From an uncultured delta proteobacterium (GTDB lineage Bacteria; Desulfobacterota; Syntrophobacteria; Syntrophobacterales; Syntrophobacteraceae), in NCBI GenBank assembly GCA_963808625.1, contig CAWEHK010000050.1, forward strand, positions 96,001 to 160,000: a stretch of 64,000 bases of DNA, given 5' to 3'. The translations under genes and the position numbers were made by a program. This document shows, piece by piece, positions 9,968 to 19,928 of this stretch. Positions within the stretch are counted from its first letter, which is position 1, and each line of letters starts with the position of its first letter. The notes below the pieces were generated by a model, which had not been told where the DNA came from, did not search any database, and saw only the letters and a list, made by a program, of their open reading frames with translations.

Positions 9968-11698
9968 ATGAATATCTACCGGAGCATGTACCAATTGATC
10001 AGGCTCCACCGGGGGCGGATGGCGGTGGCCATGGTGTGTATGCTGGGAGTCGCCGCCTGCACGGCTGCTTCCGCTTATCTGATCAAGCCGGTGCTGGACG
10101 ACATATTCATCAACAAGAACGTCGACATGTTGAAGATGCTGCCCCTCCTGGTGCTCCTCGTTTTCCTCGTGAAGGGCCTGTGCTCCTGGTGCCAGGGTTA
10201 CCTCATGAGCCACGTGGGCAACAAGATCGTCATAGACCTGCGGCAGCAACTCTATGACCATCTGCACGCGCTTTCCCTGTCCTTTTTCGACCGCACCCCG
10301 ACGGGGATCCTGATGTCCCGCATCACCAATGATGTCGCTCAAATTCAGACTGCCGTCCGGGACTGCATCACCGGTATGCTGCGGGACGCCATCAGCGTGG
10401 TGGGGCTGGTCGGGGTAGTATTCTACCGCGACTGGCAATTGGCTATCATTGCCGTAATGATTTTGCCCTTCGCCTTTCTGCCCATCGTCAAATTCGGGCG
10501 CAAGCTTCGCACCATCAGCACCAAGAGCCTGGAGGCGATGGGTGATATTTCGGTAATCCTCCATGAAACCATCGGCGGCAACCGCATTGTGAAAGCCTTC
10601 TGCATGGAAGAGTACGAGAAGCGCCGCTTTGCCGCAGAGAACATGCGCTCCTTTGATTACGCCATGGGGACGGCCTTCGTGAACACCCTCTCGTCGCCTC
10701 TCATGGAGTTCTTTGGAGGGCTCGGGATCGTTGCCATCATCTGGTATGGGGGCTACAGCGTCATTCAGGGGATTTCGACTCCCGGCAATTTCTTCTCCTT
10801 CCTTGCCGCGCTGATCCTTCTCTACGAACCGGTGAAACGCCTGAGCGGCATGAACAATACGCTGCAGCAGGGTATTGCCGCAGCCTATCGGGTCTACGAG
10901 ATCCTCAACACCCCCTCGGAAATCATTGACAAGCCCGGCGCGGTCCGGCTCCCGCCCATTTCCCGTGACCTCGAGTTCCGGCACGTCGACTTTCATTACG
11001 GGGATGAGCCGGTGTTGAAAGACATTCACTTCCGGGTTGGCGCCGGTGAGGCCATCGCCATCGTGGGCGTGTCCGGTGCTGGTAAGACCACCCTGGTTAA
11101 CCTTATCCCGCGTTTTTACGACGTCACCGGAGGGGCGATTCTGATCGACGGGGTGGATATCCGGGAGGTAACCATCGCCTCCCTGCGGGCCCAAATCGGC
11201 ATCGTCACCCAACAGACGATTCTCTTCGATGACACCGTGCGCAATAATATTGCCTACGGGGACATTCACAAAAGCGAGCACGACATCATCGAGGCCGCCC
11301 GAGCGGCCAACGCCTTCGATTTCATCTCCCGGCTTCCCCAGGGCTTCGATACGAGGATCGGCGAGCAGGGGGGCCTCCTTTCCGGTGGCGAACGCCAGCG
11401 CCTCTGCATCGCCCGGGCGCTGCTCAAGAATGCGCCGATCCTGATCCTGGATGAAGCCACCTCGTCCCTGGACAGTGAGTCGGAGCTGGAGGTCCAGAAG
11501 GCCCTCGAAAATCTCATGACCGGACGCACCACCCTCGTCATTGCGCACCGTCTCTCCACCATCAAGAACGCCGATCGTATTGTCGCCCTCGCTCACGGGC
11601 ACATTGTCGAGGAAGGCCGGCACGATGAACTGCTGCAAACCAACAGCGAATACCGCCGCCTTTATGAATTGCAGTTTTCACAGTTCGAGGTGAGTTAA
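9968..11698 (+). CDS. msbA: Lipid A export ABC transporter permease/ATPase
   Basis: TMD+NBD half transporter; MSRITNDV, GVSGAGKT, LSGGERQR, ILDEATSSLD, IAHRLST; LPS context; alternative GTG start at 9956. Confidence 0.88.
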   Translation: MNIYRSMYQLIRLHRGRMAVAMVCMLGVAACTAASAYLIKPVLDDIFINKNVDMLKMLPLLVLLVFLVKGLCSWCQGYLMSHVGNKIVIDLRQQLYDHLHALSLSFFDRTPTGILMSRITNDVAQIQTAVRDCITGMLRDAISVVGLVGVVFYRDWQLAIIAVMILPFAFLPIVKFGRKLRTISTKSLEAMGDISVILHETIGGNRIVKAFCMEEYEKRRFAAENMRSFDYAMGTAFVNTLSSPLMEFFGGLGIVAIIWYGGYSVIQGISTPGNFFSFLAALILLYEPVKRLSGMNNTLQQGIAAAYRVYEILNTPSEIIDKPGAVRLPPISRDLEFRHVDFHYGDEPVLKDIHFRVGAGEAIAIVGVSGAGKTTLVNLIPRFYDVTGGAILIDGVDIREVTIASLRAQIGIVTQQTILFDDTVRNNIAYGDIHKSEHDIIEAARAANAFDFISRLPQGFDTRIGEQGGLLSGGERQRLCIARALLKNAPILILDEATSSLDSESELEVQKALENLMTGRTTLVIAHRLSTIKNADRIVALAHGHIVEEGRHDELLQTNSEYRRLYELQFSQFEVS

Positions 11699-11700
11699 GT

Positions 11701-11731
11701 GTCGGTGGCTAGTGGCTAGTGGTTAGTGGTC
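11701..11731. repeat. Short heptamer array, unit AGTGGCT
   Basis: gtcggtggctagtggctagtggttagtggtc directly after the msbA stop. Confidence 0.75.
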
Positions 11732-11754
11732 GGATTATAGCATTGGGTTGCTTT

Positions 11755-12603
11755 ATGATTTCTCATAGGATCATCTGGAAGCTGGCCAATGGTCTGGGAC
11801 GCTTCTGGCACCGCCTGGACCGCCGGCATCGCCGGATTGCAGAACGAAATCTCGATCTTGCTTTCGGTGATGAATTGAGTCGCGAGGCCAAAGAGGCTAT
11901 TTGCCTCAACACCTTCATTCATCTCGCCTGTGTCTGCCTTGAGTTGCCGCTGCTGTTCAGACTCAACAACGACAACCTCGACCGGTACATTACTTTTTCG
12001 GGAACGGAACATCTCTTTCCGATCCTGGAGAAGGGCAAAGGGATCCTGGTCATGGCCTCCCACTTTGGGAACTGGGAGCTTATGGCACTTGCCATTTCCA
12101 TGCGCTATCGGCCGTATTATGTGGTCATGAGACCGCTTGACAATCGCCGCCTGGACGATTGGGTGGTGCGGATGCGCACGCGCGGCGGCAATCAACCCCT
12201 TACCAAGGCGGATTCCGCTCGGCTCATCATCCGGCTGCTGAGGCGGGGGGAAGCGGTGGCCCTTCTGATCGATCAGAACGTGGATTGGTACGAAGGGGTA
12301 TTTGTCCCCTTTTTCAAAGAAATCGCCTGTACGACCAAAGCCCTTGCCACCCTGGCCCTGCGAACCGACTCCCTGGTCCTGTCGGCCTACAATTATCGGG
12401 AACCCGATGGCCGCTACCACACGGTTTTCCAGCCGGAAGTCGAACTTATCCGCTCGGGGGACAGGGCCGCCGATATCGAACGGAACACCGCCCATTTTAA
12501 CAAGATCATCGAAGGCTATGTCCGCGAACATCCCGAACAATGGTTCTGGTTGCATCAGCGCTGGAAAACCCGCCCTTCACGCGCATTGTTGGGGAGGTTA
12601 TAG
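11755..12603 (+). CDS. lpxL: Lipid A late acyltransferase (LpxL/HtrB family); start uncertain
   Basis: HFGNWE, LLIDQ, VPFF, PEQWFWLHQRWK. Confidence 0.85.
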   Translation: MISHRIIWKLANGLGRFWHRLDRRHRRIAERNLDLAFGDELSREAKEAICLNTFIHLACVCLELPLLFRLNNDNLDRYITFSGTEHLFPILEKGKGILVMASHFGNWELMALAISMRYRPYYVVMRPLDNRRLDDWVVRMRTRGGNQPLTKADSARLIIRLLRRGEAVALLIDQNVDWYEGVFVPFFKEIACTTKALATLALRTDSLVLSAYNYREPDGRYHTVFQPEVELIRSGDRAADIERNTAHFNKIIEGYVREHPEQWFWLHQRWKTRPSRALLGRL

Positions 12604-12608
12604 GAACC

Positions 12609-13808
12609 GTGCTGCAACGGATCATCAGCACCGATCCCGGCATCCCTTTTCGGATCGGGTATCTCGAGTGGGCTCAATCCTGCTGCCGATCCTCGGCTTT
12701 CTGGCACCGCTTTCGGGTCCTGCGGGAACGGCCGTTGCCGTGGTCATGGTCCTGCTATTTTTTCTCCGTGGCAACCTCGGCACCTATTTGCGGCAGATTC
12801 TGTGCCAACAAAATCGTGCTTGCGGTTCTCGTCTTTTTTGTTCTGCACCTGATCGGTCTGTTCTGGACCGAGGACATCCGGTCCGGCCTGCGTGCTGTGA
12901 ACAAGCAATGGCGACTGCTCCTGATCCCGATGCTCATGGTCTTTGTCCGGAAGGACCACACGCAGCTCTATATCGACTCATTTATCGGCGGCATGACCAT
13001 CGTCCACCTGGTTTCCTATCTCCATCGTTTCCAGGTGATAAGCTTTGAGATCATGGACCGGATCTCCTACAATCCCCTGCTCGCCTGGTGCCTTTACCTT
13101 CTTGGCTACACTCTCCTCTTCACTGAAACCCCGAGATGGAAGCGGCTTCTTTACCGTATTCTGCTCCTGTCAATGACCGTAAGCATGTTCATTACCCAGG
13201 GCCGAACCGGTCAGGTGGCTTTTGTTGCCATGCTGCTCCTGATCACCTTTCAATCCTTTGGCCGAAAACGATTAAAGGCCCTCGCCACTTCGCAGATTAT
13301 CCTCGTGGCTGTTTTTATGCTCTCCTACACCTATAGCAGTGTCTTTAAACAGCGCATCAATGGAGCGATCAATGAGGTGCGATCCTTCGAAATGAATCGA
13401 GTATCACCGGAAGGGAACGACCGGATCACGTTCTGGTTGAACACCCTGGAGATTATCAAGGAACATCCCCTCTTCGGAGTGGGAACAGGTGACTTTACCA
13501 TCGAATACGGGAGGGTCAATCTGGCTCGATCCCCTGACGTTTACTATACGGATGATCCCCATAACGGGTACCTGCTGGTGATGACCCAGTTCGGCATTTT
13601 CGGACTGGCCGCGCTCCTGGCACTTTTCGCCTTCCAAATCAAATGTGCCATGGGTACACACAGTGGCCTCAAACACCTGAGGTTGGCCCTCCCCATCTTT
13701 TTCATGGTCATTTCGCTTTTTGGGACCTACCTGTTAGGTCATTTTACATCGATAACATTTGCTTATTTCAGCAGTGTTTTGTACAGGGATTGTGATGGCG
13801 TTTCGTAA
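12609..13808 (+). CDS. O-antigen ligase (WaaL) family membrane protein, two compensating frameshifts in the 5' part
   Basis: Multi-TM; TQGRTG, RITFW...LEII.EHPLFGVGTGDF, PHNGYL; the hydrophobic segment ILLPILGFLAPLS lies in an alternate frame at about 12660-12800. Confidence 0.8.
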   Translation: MLQRIISTDPGIPFRIGYLEWAQSCCRSSAFWHRFRVLRERPLPWSWSCYFFSVATSAPICGRFCANKIVLAVLVFFVLHLIGLFWTEDIRSGLRAVNKQWRLLLIPMLMVFVRKDHTQLYIDSFIGGMTIVHLVSYLHRFQVISFEIMDRISYNPLLAWCLYLLGYTLLFTETPRWKRLLYRILLLSMTVSMFITQGRTGQVAFVAMLLLITFQSFGRKRLKALATSQIILVAVFMLSYTYSSVFKQRINGAINEVRSFEMNRVSPEGNDRITFWLNTLEIIKEHPLFGVGTGDFTIEYGRVNLARSPDVYYTDDPHNGYLLVMTQFGIFGLAALLALFAFQIKCAMGTHSGLKHLRLALPIFFMVISLFGTYLLGHFTSITFAYFSSVLYRDCDGVS

Positions 13809-14883
13809 GATATTAGTTATTATCATGCGATCAAATGGAGATGTCTATTTATCCTTACCCCTTCTCAACACCTTAAGAGAACGCTATCCCAAGGCCCAGA
13901 TAGACTTGCTGGTTTTTGACACAACCAAAGAAACCGCAGCGGCACTCAATTGTGCCGACAACATCTATACCTATAGCTATACCTGGAAGTCCGGCGGCAA
14001 ACTCAAATATCTACAGAAACAGTTTCAGTTTATACAAAATATCTTCAAACGATATGATTTGAGCATATCGCTTACTGCCAGCGACAGGAGCAACCTATAT
14101 TCCATAGTATCGGGAAAGGTATCCATAGGATGCTACGATAATCCCCTTTCCAGTTCCTGGTGGAAAAGGCTCTTTTTGGACCACGGTTACTTGTTTGACC
14201 AGAACGATCACATTGTTCAAAATAATCTTCAACCCCTGAAGGTTTTGGGCATCCCACTGAGTCATATCCAGGTAAAAGGGAAGGTTCCCGATTCAGCAAA
14301 AACAAGAGTTGCGACGCTCTTGTCTTCTCATGGCATAAAGGACTTTCTCATCTTTCACCCCTCCACCCAGTATGAATATAAGATCTATCCCGAGGACCTC
14401 AGGAACGAGCTCCTCCTCAAACTTGATGCTCTCGGGATTGCGATAGTCGTTACCGGAGGGACGACCCCCCTCGACGAAAAGATCGCCCGCCACCTGCCGC
14501 CACTCCAACATGTCCATAACTTCATTGGCAAAACCAGTCTCGAGGAGTACATGGCCCTTGCTTTCCATGCCCGTGCTTACATCGGCATGGATACGTTGAA
14601 CATGCACATTGCTGCCTCTTTCAACAAGAAGACCTTTGCCATTTTCGGACCGACCTTGATTCACCGATGGTCACCCTGGTCGAACGAAACCGGAGGTGCC
14701 ACCAGGGTAAGCAAAGGGGTGCAGCACTACGGGAATGTGACCGTTTTTCAGGCGGATTTGCCCTGCGTTCCCTGCGGCCTGCAAGGATGCCGCGATGATT
14801 TTGGCGTCAGTGAGTGCCTGCAGCGCATTGATCCGTCGGTCATTTTTGAGGAGGTCAAGAAATGGCTCTCGACATCAGCGTGA
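13795..14883 (+). CDS. Glycosyltransferase family 9 (heptosyltransferase III/WaaQ-like)
   Basis: KILVI..RSNGDV, GKTSLEE, GMDTLNMHIAA, FGPT, CVPCGLQGC. Confidence 0.85.
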   Translation: MAFRKILVIIMRSNGDVYLSLPLLNTLRERYPKAQIDLLVFDTTKETAAALNCADNIYTYSYTWKSGGKLKYLQKQFQFIQNIFKRYDLSISLTASDRSNLYSIVSGKVSIGCYDNPLSSSWWKRLFLDHGYLFDQNDHIVQNNLQPLKVLGIPLSHIQVKGKVPDSAKTRVATLLSSHGIKDFLIFHPSTQYEYKIYPEDLRNELLLKLDALGIAIVVTGGTTPLDEKIARHLPPLQHVHNFIGKTSLEEYMALAFHARAYIGMDTLNMHIAASFNKKTFAIFGPTLIHRWSPWSNETGGATRVSKGVQHYGNVTVFQADLPCVPCGLQGCRDDFGVSECLQRIDPSVIFEEVKKWLSTSA

Positions 14884-15611
14884 CGGTCCTCACCAAAAAC
14901 AGCGAACGATACCTTTACGACTGCCTGCATGGCCTGAGAGAATTCGATGATATCGTCATCCTGGACAATGGTTCCACCGATAGATCGCTCGAAATCGCCG
15001 CACAATTTGCCAACGTCACCGTCTTTCGGTCTGATTTCATTGGTTTCGGACCACTCAAAAATCGAGCGGCAGGTCATGCTCGCCATGACTGGGTCCTGAA
15101 TATCGATAGCGACGAGATCGTCTCGGGGGAGTTGCTTGAGGAAATCAGGAGCTTAGCACGGGAGGCCAACACACTTTATGCCATCCCCAGGCAGAACTTT
15201 TACCGTGATAAGCTGATCAAATGCTGCGGGTGGCACCCGGACCGGGTCCTTCGTCTCTACCACAAGCAGACGACCCAGTTCAGTGAAACGCTCGTCCATG
15301 AAAGTCTCGCTCAGGCCGGGGAAAAAAGGGTTGTCCGTTTAAAGCATCCGCTTAAGCACCACCCTTTTGACAACGCCTCTGAACTCCTCCAAAAGATGCA
15401 ACGATACTCCGAACTGTATGCCAAGGAAAACCGGGGAAGGAAGAAGAGCGGCCCGTTTCGGGCACTTTTCCACGCGCTTTTCAGTTTCTTTCAAAACTAC
15501 ATCCTGCAACGCGGCTTTTTGTATGGATATGAAGGTTTCATCATCTCGGTTTCGAACGCCAACGGCGTCTTCTATAAATATATCATGCTTTACGAAGAGT
15601 CGAAAAAGTGA
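14862..15611 (+). CDS. GT2 LPS-core glycosyltransferase (WaaE/KdtX-like)
   Basis: DNGSTD, GFGPLKN, IDSDE, WHPD.V.RLY, VHES, RGFL.G..GF. Confidence 0.85.
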   Translation: MALDISVTVLTKNSERYLYDCLHGLREFDDIVILDNGSTDRSLEIAAQFANVTVFRSDFIGFGPLKNRAAGHARHDWVLNIDSDEIVSGELLEEIRSLAREANTLYAIPRQNFYRDKLIKCCGWHPDRVLRLYHKQTTQFSETLVHESLAQAGEKRVVRLKHPLKHHPFDNASELLQKMQRYSELYAKENRGRKKSGPFRALFHALFSFFQNYILQRGFLYGYEGFIISVSNANGVFYKYIMLYEESKK

Positions 15612-16432
15612 CCGTGTCGCTTATCATCAGCACTTATAATTGGAAGGAGGCGCTTGAGCTGTCAATCTTGAGCGCTTTACGGCAAACCTGCATGCCGGAT
15701 GAGATGATCATCGCTGACGACGGCTCCCGAGAAGATACCAGGCGCCTGATCGACCGTATGGCAAGCGGCTCACCCGTTCCCCTTCTTCATGTCTGGCAGG
15801 AGGATAAAGGGTTTCGCGCGGCACGGATCAGGAACGAGGCGATCAGCAAGGCAACCGGCGAATGCATCATTCTGGTCGACGGGGATATCATCCTCCACCC
15901 CAGATTCATCGCCGATCACAAAGATGCTGCACGGTTTCACTTCTTCTCACAAGGGTCCAGAGTGCTCTTAACCCAGACGAAGACGACCCGCGTCCTGCAG
16001 GAGAAGCAACTGGATTTTGCCGTTTTTGAGTCCGGCCTTGAAAACCGCAAGAACACGATCCACTCGGCCATGCTCTCGCGACTGGTCTCCCATCGGAGCG
16101 TGACACTGAAGGGCATCAGGACCTGTAATTTTGCTTTCTGGCGGAGCGACGGCATCGCCGTAAACGGTTTCAATGAAGACTTTGAAGGATGGGGACGGGA
16201 GGACAGTGAATTTGCCGTGCGCCTGATGAACCGTGGCGTGAGGAGGCAGAATATCAGGTTCAGAGCTCTGGCCTATCACCTCTTCCACCGGGAGCACCCG
16301 AGGGGTTCCCTGGAGCGGAACGACGGGCTCCTCGCAGAGGCCGTGAAAAACCGGGCAACCTGGTGTCTGAGAGGGTTGGATGGGCATCTCAAATGTCGCT
16401 TCCGCGGCAACCACACAGTAACTACTCAATAA
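15608..16432 (+). CDS. GT2 glycosyltransferase
   Basis: IADDGS, WQEDKGFRAARIRN, VDGD, VNGFNEDFEGWGREDSE. Confidence 0.85.
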   Translation: MTVSLIISTYNWKEALELSILSALRQTCMPDEMIIADDGSREDTRRLIDRMASGSPVPLLHVWQEDKGFRAARIRNEAISKATGECIILVDGDIILHPRFIADHKDAARFHFFSQGSRVLLTQTKTTRVLQEKQLDFAVFESGLENRKNTIHSAMLSRLVSHRSVTLKGIRTCNFAFWRSDGIAVNGFNEDFEGWGREDSEFAVRLMNRGVRRQNIRFRALAYHLFHREHPRGSLERNDGLLAEAVKNRATWCLRGLDGHLKCRFRGNHTVTTQ

Positions 16433-16736
16433 CCACTGGGTCCAAACCAACCTTCACCTTGAGTAAGGACCACCACATGACGAGATTGCCAGCCGCACAT
16501 GTCGAATTCGCCTGACATATAGTTCCAGCTCCGACCACAATAGGTGTGTGGAACTTTCGCGCGTTTTGAAGATCTTATTATGGACAGTTCAGACTGCGGT
16601 ATTGTATTATTATGCTTTCGAGAAATCCAAAAACTGAGGTTTACGCAACCTCTCCCTTTATGGTTTTTCTTCAGCTGTTGTCACAGGTGGGAACAAAGTC
16701 GAAAGGTTTATCGACAGATTGTGAGCATTGAGATTG

Positions 16737-17483
16737 ATGGTAAGAACTGATCAAGAGGGGCAGCCTTTTCTCTCCGTCACCGCGCCCGTGTTCAACGAGC
16801 AGGACAATATCGAGAAGGTCCTGATATACTGGAACGAGGTGCTCGACGACCTCGAGCTTTCCACCGAGATCGTCCTGACCAATGACGGCTCCACCGATGA
16901 CACCCCGCAAATCCTGGCGCGCTTAAAGGCTGCCATGCCGCGCCTGGTCGTGGTAACGCACGAACGCAACCACGGTTACGGCAAGGCCCTGACCGACGCC
17001 ATTCAGCACTCGCGGGGTAAGTGGGTGGTCACCATCGACTCGGACGGGCAATTCGATCTCAAGGATTGCATCCCTTTGCTCCGCACGGCCCTCTCCGACA
17101 ATCTCGACGGGGTCACCGGCTACCGCACCAAGAAGAAGGACACCTTGTTTCGGGTTTTCGCGGACAGGGTCCTCAATTGGATTGTGCGCCTTGTTTTTGG
17201 CGTCAGCTACCGAGATACCAACTGCGCTCTAAAAGTGATCAAGGGTGATTTTCTGCGGCAGATCAACATCGAAGCCAGAGGGTATCCAGCGCCGACCGAG
17301 GTCTGCATAAAGCTGACGAGACTGGGTGCAGCGCTCGGTGAAGCCGGGGTTTCCCACGCCGAAAGGGCCGGCGGCCTGTCCAAGCTCCGCCCGTTCCAGA
17401 CGGGCGTTAATTTCTTAAAGTTCCTGACTTATCTCAAGTTCAAAATCTATCTCTACAACCAGAAGGTCATCCACAGTCTTTAG
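16737..17483 (+). CDS. GT2 polyprenol-phosphate glycosyltransferase (DPM1/GtrB/ArnC-like)
   Basis: PVFNE, NDGSTDDT, N.GYG.AL, IDSDGQF, DTNCALK, R..G.SK. Confidence 0.8.
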   Translation: MVRTDQEGQPFLSVTAPVFNEQDNIEKVLIYWNEVLDDLELSTEIVLTNDGSTDDTPQILARLKAAMPRLVVVTHERNHGYGKALTDAIQHSRGKWVVTIDSDGQFDLKDCIPLLRTALSDNLDGVTGYRTKKKDTLFRVFADRVLNWIVRLVFGVSYRDTNCALKVIKGDFLRQINIEARGYPAPTEVCIKLTRLGAALGEAGVSHAERAGGLSKLRPFQTGVNFLKFLTYLKFKIYLYNQKVIHSL

Positions 17484-17491
17484 GAGTAACC

Positions 17492-18425
17492 ATGCAGCTG
17501 AAGGGCGTCATTCTCGCCGCCGGCAAAGGCACCCGCATCTACCCGTTCAGCGAAGAGCACCCCAAGCCCATTCTACCCATCGCGAATAAGCCGCTCATGC
17601 AATACCAGATCGAGCTGATGGCATCGCTTGGGATCAAGGACGTAATCGTCGTCATCGGTCATCTGGGCTTTGAGATCGTGAGGAGAATCGGGCAGGGGAA
17701 GGAATATGGACTTCGGATCCACTATGTGGAGCAGAAGACCACCCTTGGCATTGCTCACGCGGTAGGCACCCTGGAGAGTCTCGTCGACGGTCCGTTCATG
17801 TTGTTCCTGGGTGATATCTATTTTATCACCAATTCCCTCGGTGACATGGTCGAAATCATGGCCCGCGAGCGTTTGCAGGGGGTACTGGCGACCAGGATCG
17901 AGGAGGATACGGACAAGATCAAGCGGAATTTTGCCGTGATTCTTGACGGCGACGGCCTGGTGAAGCGCGTCATTGAAAAGCCGCAGTATCCTCAAAACAA
18001 CCTCAAAGGCTGCGGCATTTACCTTTTCAGCCCGCAGATCTTCGACGCTATCCGACGCACGCCGAGGACCGCCATGAGGGATGAGTACGAGATCACCGAC
18101 GCCATCCAGATCCTGATCGACGACGGGGGACGAGTGAGGAGCATGAACGTCATCGAAAGGGACATGAACCTCACCTACCCGCAGGACCTCCTGGAACTGA
18201 ACCTCTACGAAATAGCAAGGCAAAATGCAGTGAACATTCTGGGGACGAACACGAAGATTGCTCCAACAGCGGCGATCCGCAACTGCGTCATCGGCAACGA
18301 AGTCCAGATTGGTGAGAGTGTGCACCTGGAAAGCTGTGTCGTCTTTGACGGGGTAGCCGTGGAAGCAGGCGAAGAGTTATGTCAATGCCATCCTGACCCA
18401 GGAGCGGGTTATTTTCGGACATTGA
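17492..18425 (+). CDS. Sugar-1-phosphate nucleotidyltransferase (long glucose-1-P thymidylyltransferase type), frameshift near 18380
   Basis: GVILAAGKGTRIYP, KPILPIANKP, LGDI, EKP, EYEITD, C-terminal hexapeptide-like region; likely tail VNAILTQERVIFGH* ends at 18425. Confidence 0.82.
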
Positions 18426-18457
18426 GGTGCGAAAAAGACTACATACTGGGGCCGCAA

Positions 18458-18520
18458 GGTATGGGGCACGTTTTTGAGCTTGCTCTGATTGGTTTGGCAG
18501 GCTGGAAAGCCTGCTCCACA
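18458..18520. repeat. Decayed REP doublet related to 59039-59106
   Basis: ggcaggctggaaagcctgctccaca (18496-18520) matches the 59082-59106 arm at 24/25; left arm degenerate. Confidence 0.65.
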
Positions 18521-18581
18521 CGAAGGCGGGGAACCGACAGGGATGAGCCTTTTTTCGGGTAGATGCTGAGGACTGGTAAGC

Positions 18582-19511
18582 ATGAGCAAGAAATATAGGA
18601 AAGCACTCGTAACGGGTGGCGCCGGTTTTATCGGCTCACACCTTTGCGCCGGACTTTTGGACGAAGGTCTGGCGGTGGTCGCCTTGGACAATTTGTCGAT
18701 GGGCAAAGCAGAGAATGTCCCCAATGGTGCAAGCTTGATCGTGGGAGACGTTCGCGATCGGACCCTTGTCGAGAACCTCGTTTCCGACGGCGTCGATGTT
18801 GTGTTTCATGAAGCGGCCATTGTGTCCATAAGGGAATCAATCGCGAATTTTTTCGCCGATGCGGAAACAAACATCATGGGGACCCTCAATGTGCTGCGGG
18901 CATCTATTCATTGCGGCGTGAAAAAGTTCGTCTTCGCCTCTTCGATGGCCGTGTACGCCGACAGTCCAAAAAGGACTGCCGCCTCGGAGTCCTTTGAGAT
19001 GGCGCCCACCTCCCCTTACGGCGTTGCTAAGCTCGCTTCGGAACGCTACCTGGCTTTGCTGGGCGAGGCCAACGGCATGGAAGCCATCGCGCTCAGGTAT
19101 TTCAACACCTACGGTGAAAACCAGACCTTCAGCCCCTACGTCGGGGTCATCACCATTTTCGTGAACAGGCTGCTCAAAGGCCAACCGCCCATCGTTTTCG
19201 GCGATGGCGAACAGATGAGAGATTTCATTTATGTAAAAGACATCGTCAAGGCAAACCTGCTGGCCATGCGCACCGACGTGGGTGGCGGCGTCTTCAATGT
19301 CGGCAGCGGTGTCGGGACTTCGGTGAACAGAATCAGCGAGTTGCTTTGCCGGAAGATCGATCCCGGGATCAAGCCGGTCTATGGGCCGGAAAGGCCCGAA
19401 GAGCTCCGCTATTCGGTGGCGGACATCGCGAGAATAAGCAGCCAGCTCGGGTTTGTACCAGGCTTCAGGATTGAACAGGCCATTGACACCGTCATTAACC
19501 AATACCTTTAG
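18582..19511 (+). CDS. NAD-dependent nucleotide-sugar epimerase/dehydratase (GalE-like)
   Basis: TGGAGFIGSH, ASSMAVY, YGVAK (YxxxK), RYFNTYG, GDGEQ.RDFIYV. Confidence 0.88.
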   Translation: MSKKYRKALVTGGAGFIGSHLCAGLLDEGLAVVALDNLSMGKAENVPNGASLIVGDVRDRTLVENLVSDGVDVVFHEAAIVSIRESIANFFADAETNIMGTLNVLRASIHCGVKKFVFASSMAVYADSPKRTAASESFEMAPTSPYGVAKLASERYLALLGEANGMEAIALRYFNTYGENQTFSPYVGVITIFVNRLLKGQPPIVFGDGEQMRDFIYVKDIVKANLLAMRTDVGGGVFNVGSGVGTSVNRISELLCRKIDPGIKPVYGPERPEELRYSVADIARISSQLGFVPGFRIEQAIDTVINQYL

Positions 19512-19527
19512 CAGGTGAGGTCATCCC

Positions 19528-19899
19528 TTGAGTTCATATATCCCCTTGATTCTATCCGGTGTTTCCCTTAATGCGGTCGCCCAGCTCTTCCTGAAGACGG
19601 GCATGAATGCGGTCGGCTATTTTCAGTTTTCTTCCGGAAATATTTTGAGCGTATTGCCAAGAATCGTCTTAAATCCTTTTATTGTCCTGGGCATGGTTTG
19701 CTATCTCCTTAGCATCGCGATCTGGCTGGCAGTCCTGTCCCGGGTCGAGGTCAGTTTCGCGTACCCGTTCCTGAGTGTCGGATACGTCCTGGTGGCGTGC
19801 CTGGGTTATTTCTTTTTTGGGGAAAACCTCTCCTTCAACAAGATACTGGGCATCGCGATTATCTGCGTTGGACTGTTCTTCTTGTCCAGAAGCGGGTGA
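19528..19899 (+). CDS. Small 4-TM EamA/SMR protein, ArnE/ArnF-like polyprenyl-sugar flippase subunit
   Basis: 123 aa; AQLFLK.G, WL.VLSRVEVSFAYPFLS.GY, FGE. Confidence 0.8.
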   Translation: MSSYIPLILSGVSLNAVAQLFLKTGMNAVGYFQFSSGNILSVLPRIVLNPFIVLGMVCYLLSIAIWLAVLSRVEVSFAYPFLSVGYVLVACLGYFFFGENLSFNKILGIAIICVGLFFLSRSG

Positions 19900-19928
19900 T
19901 GTGCAGAATTATCTTTGCTAAGACCTTA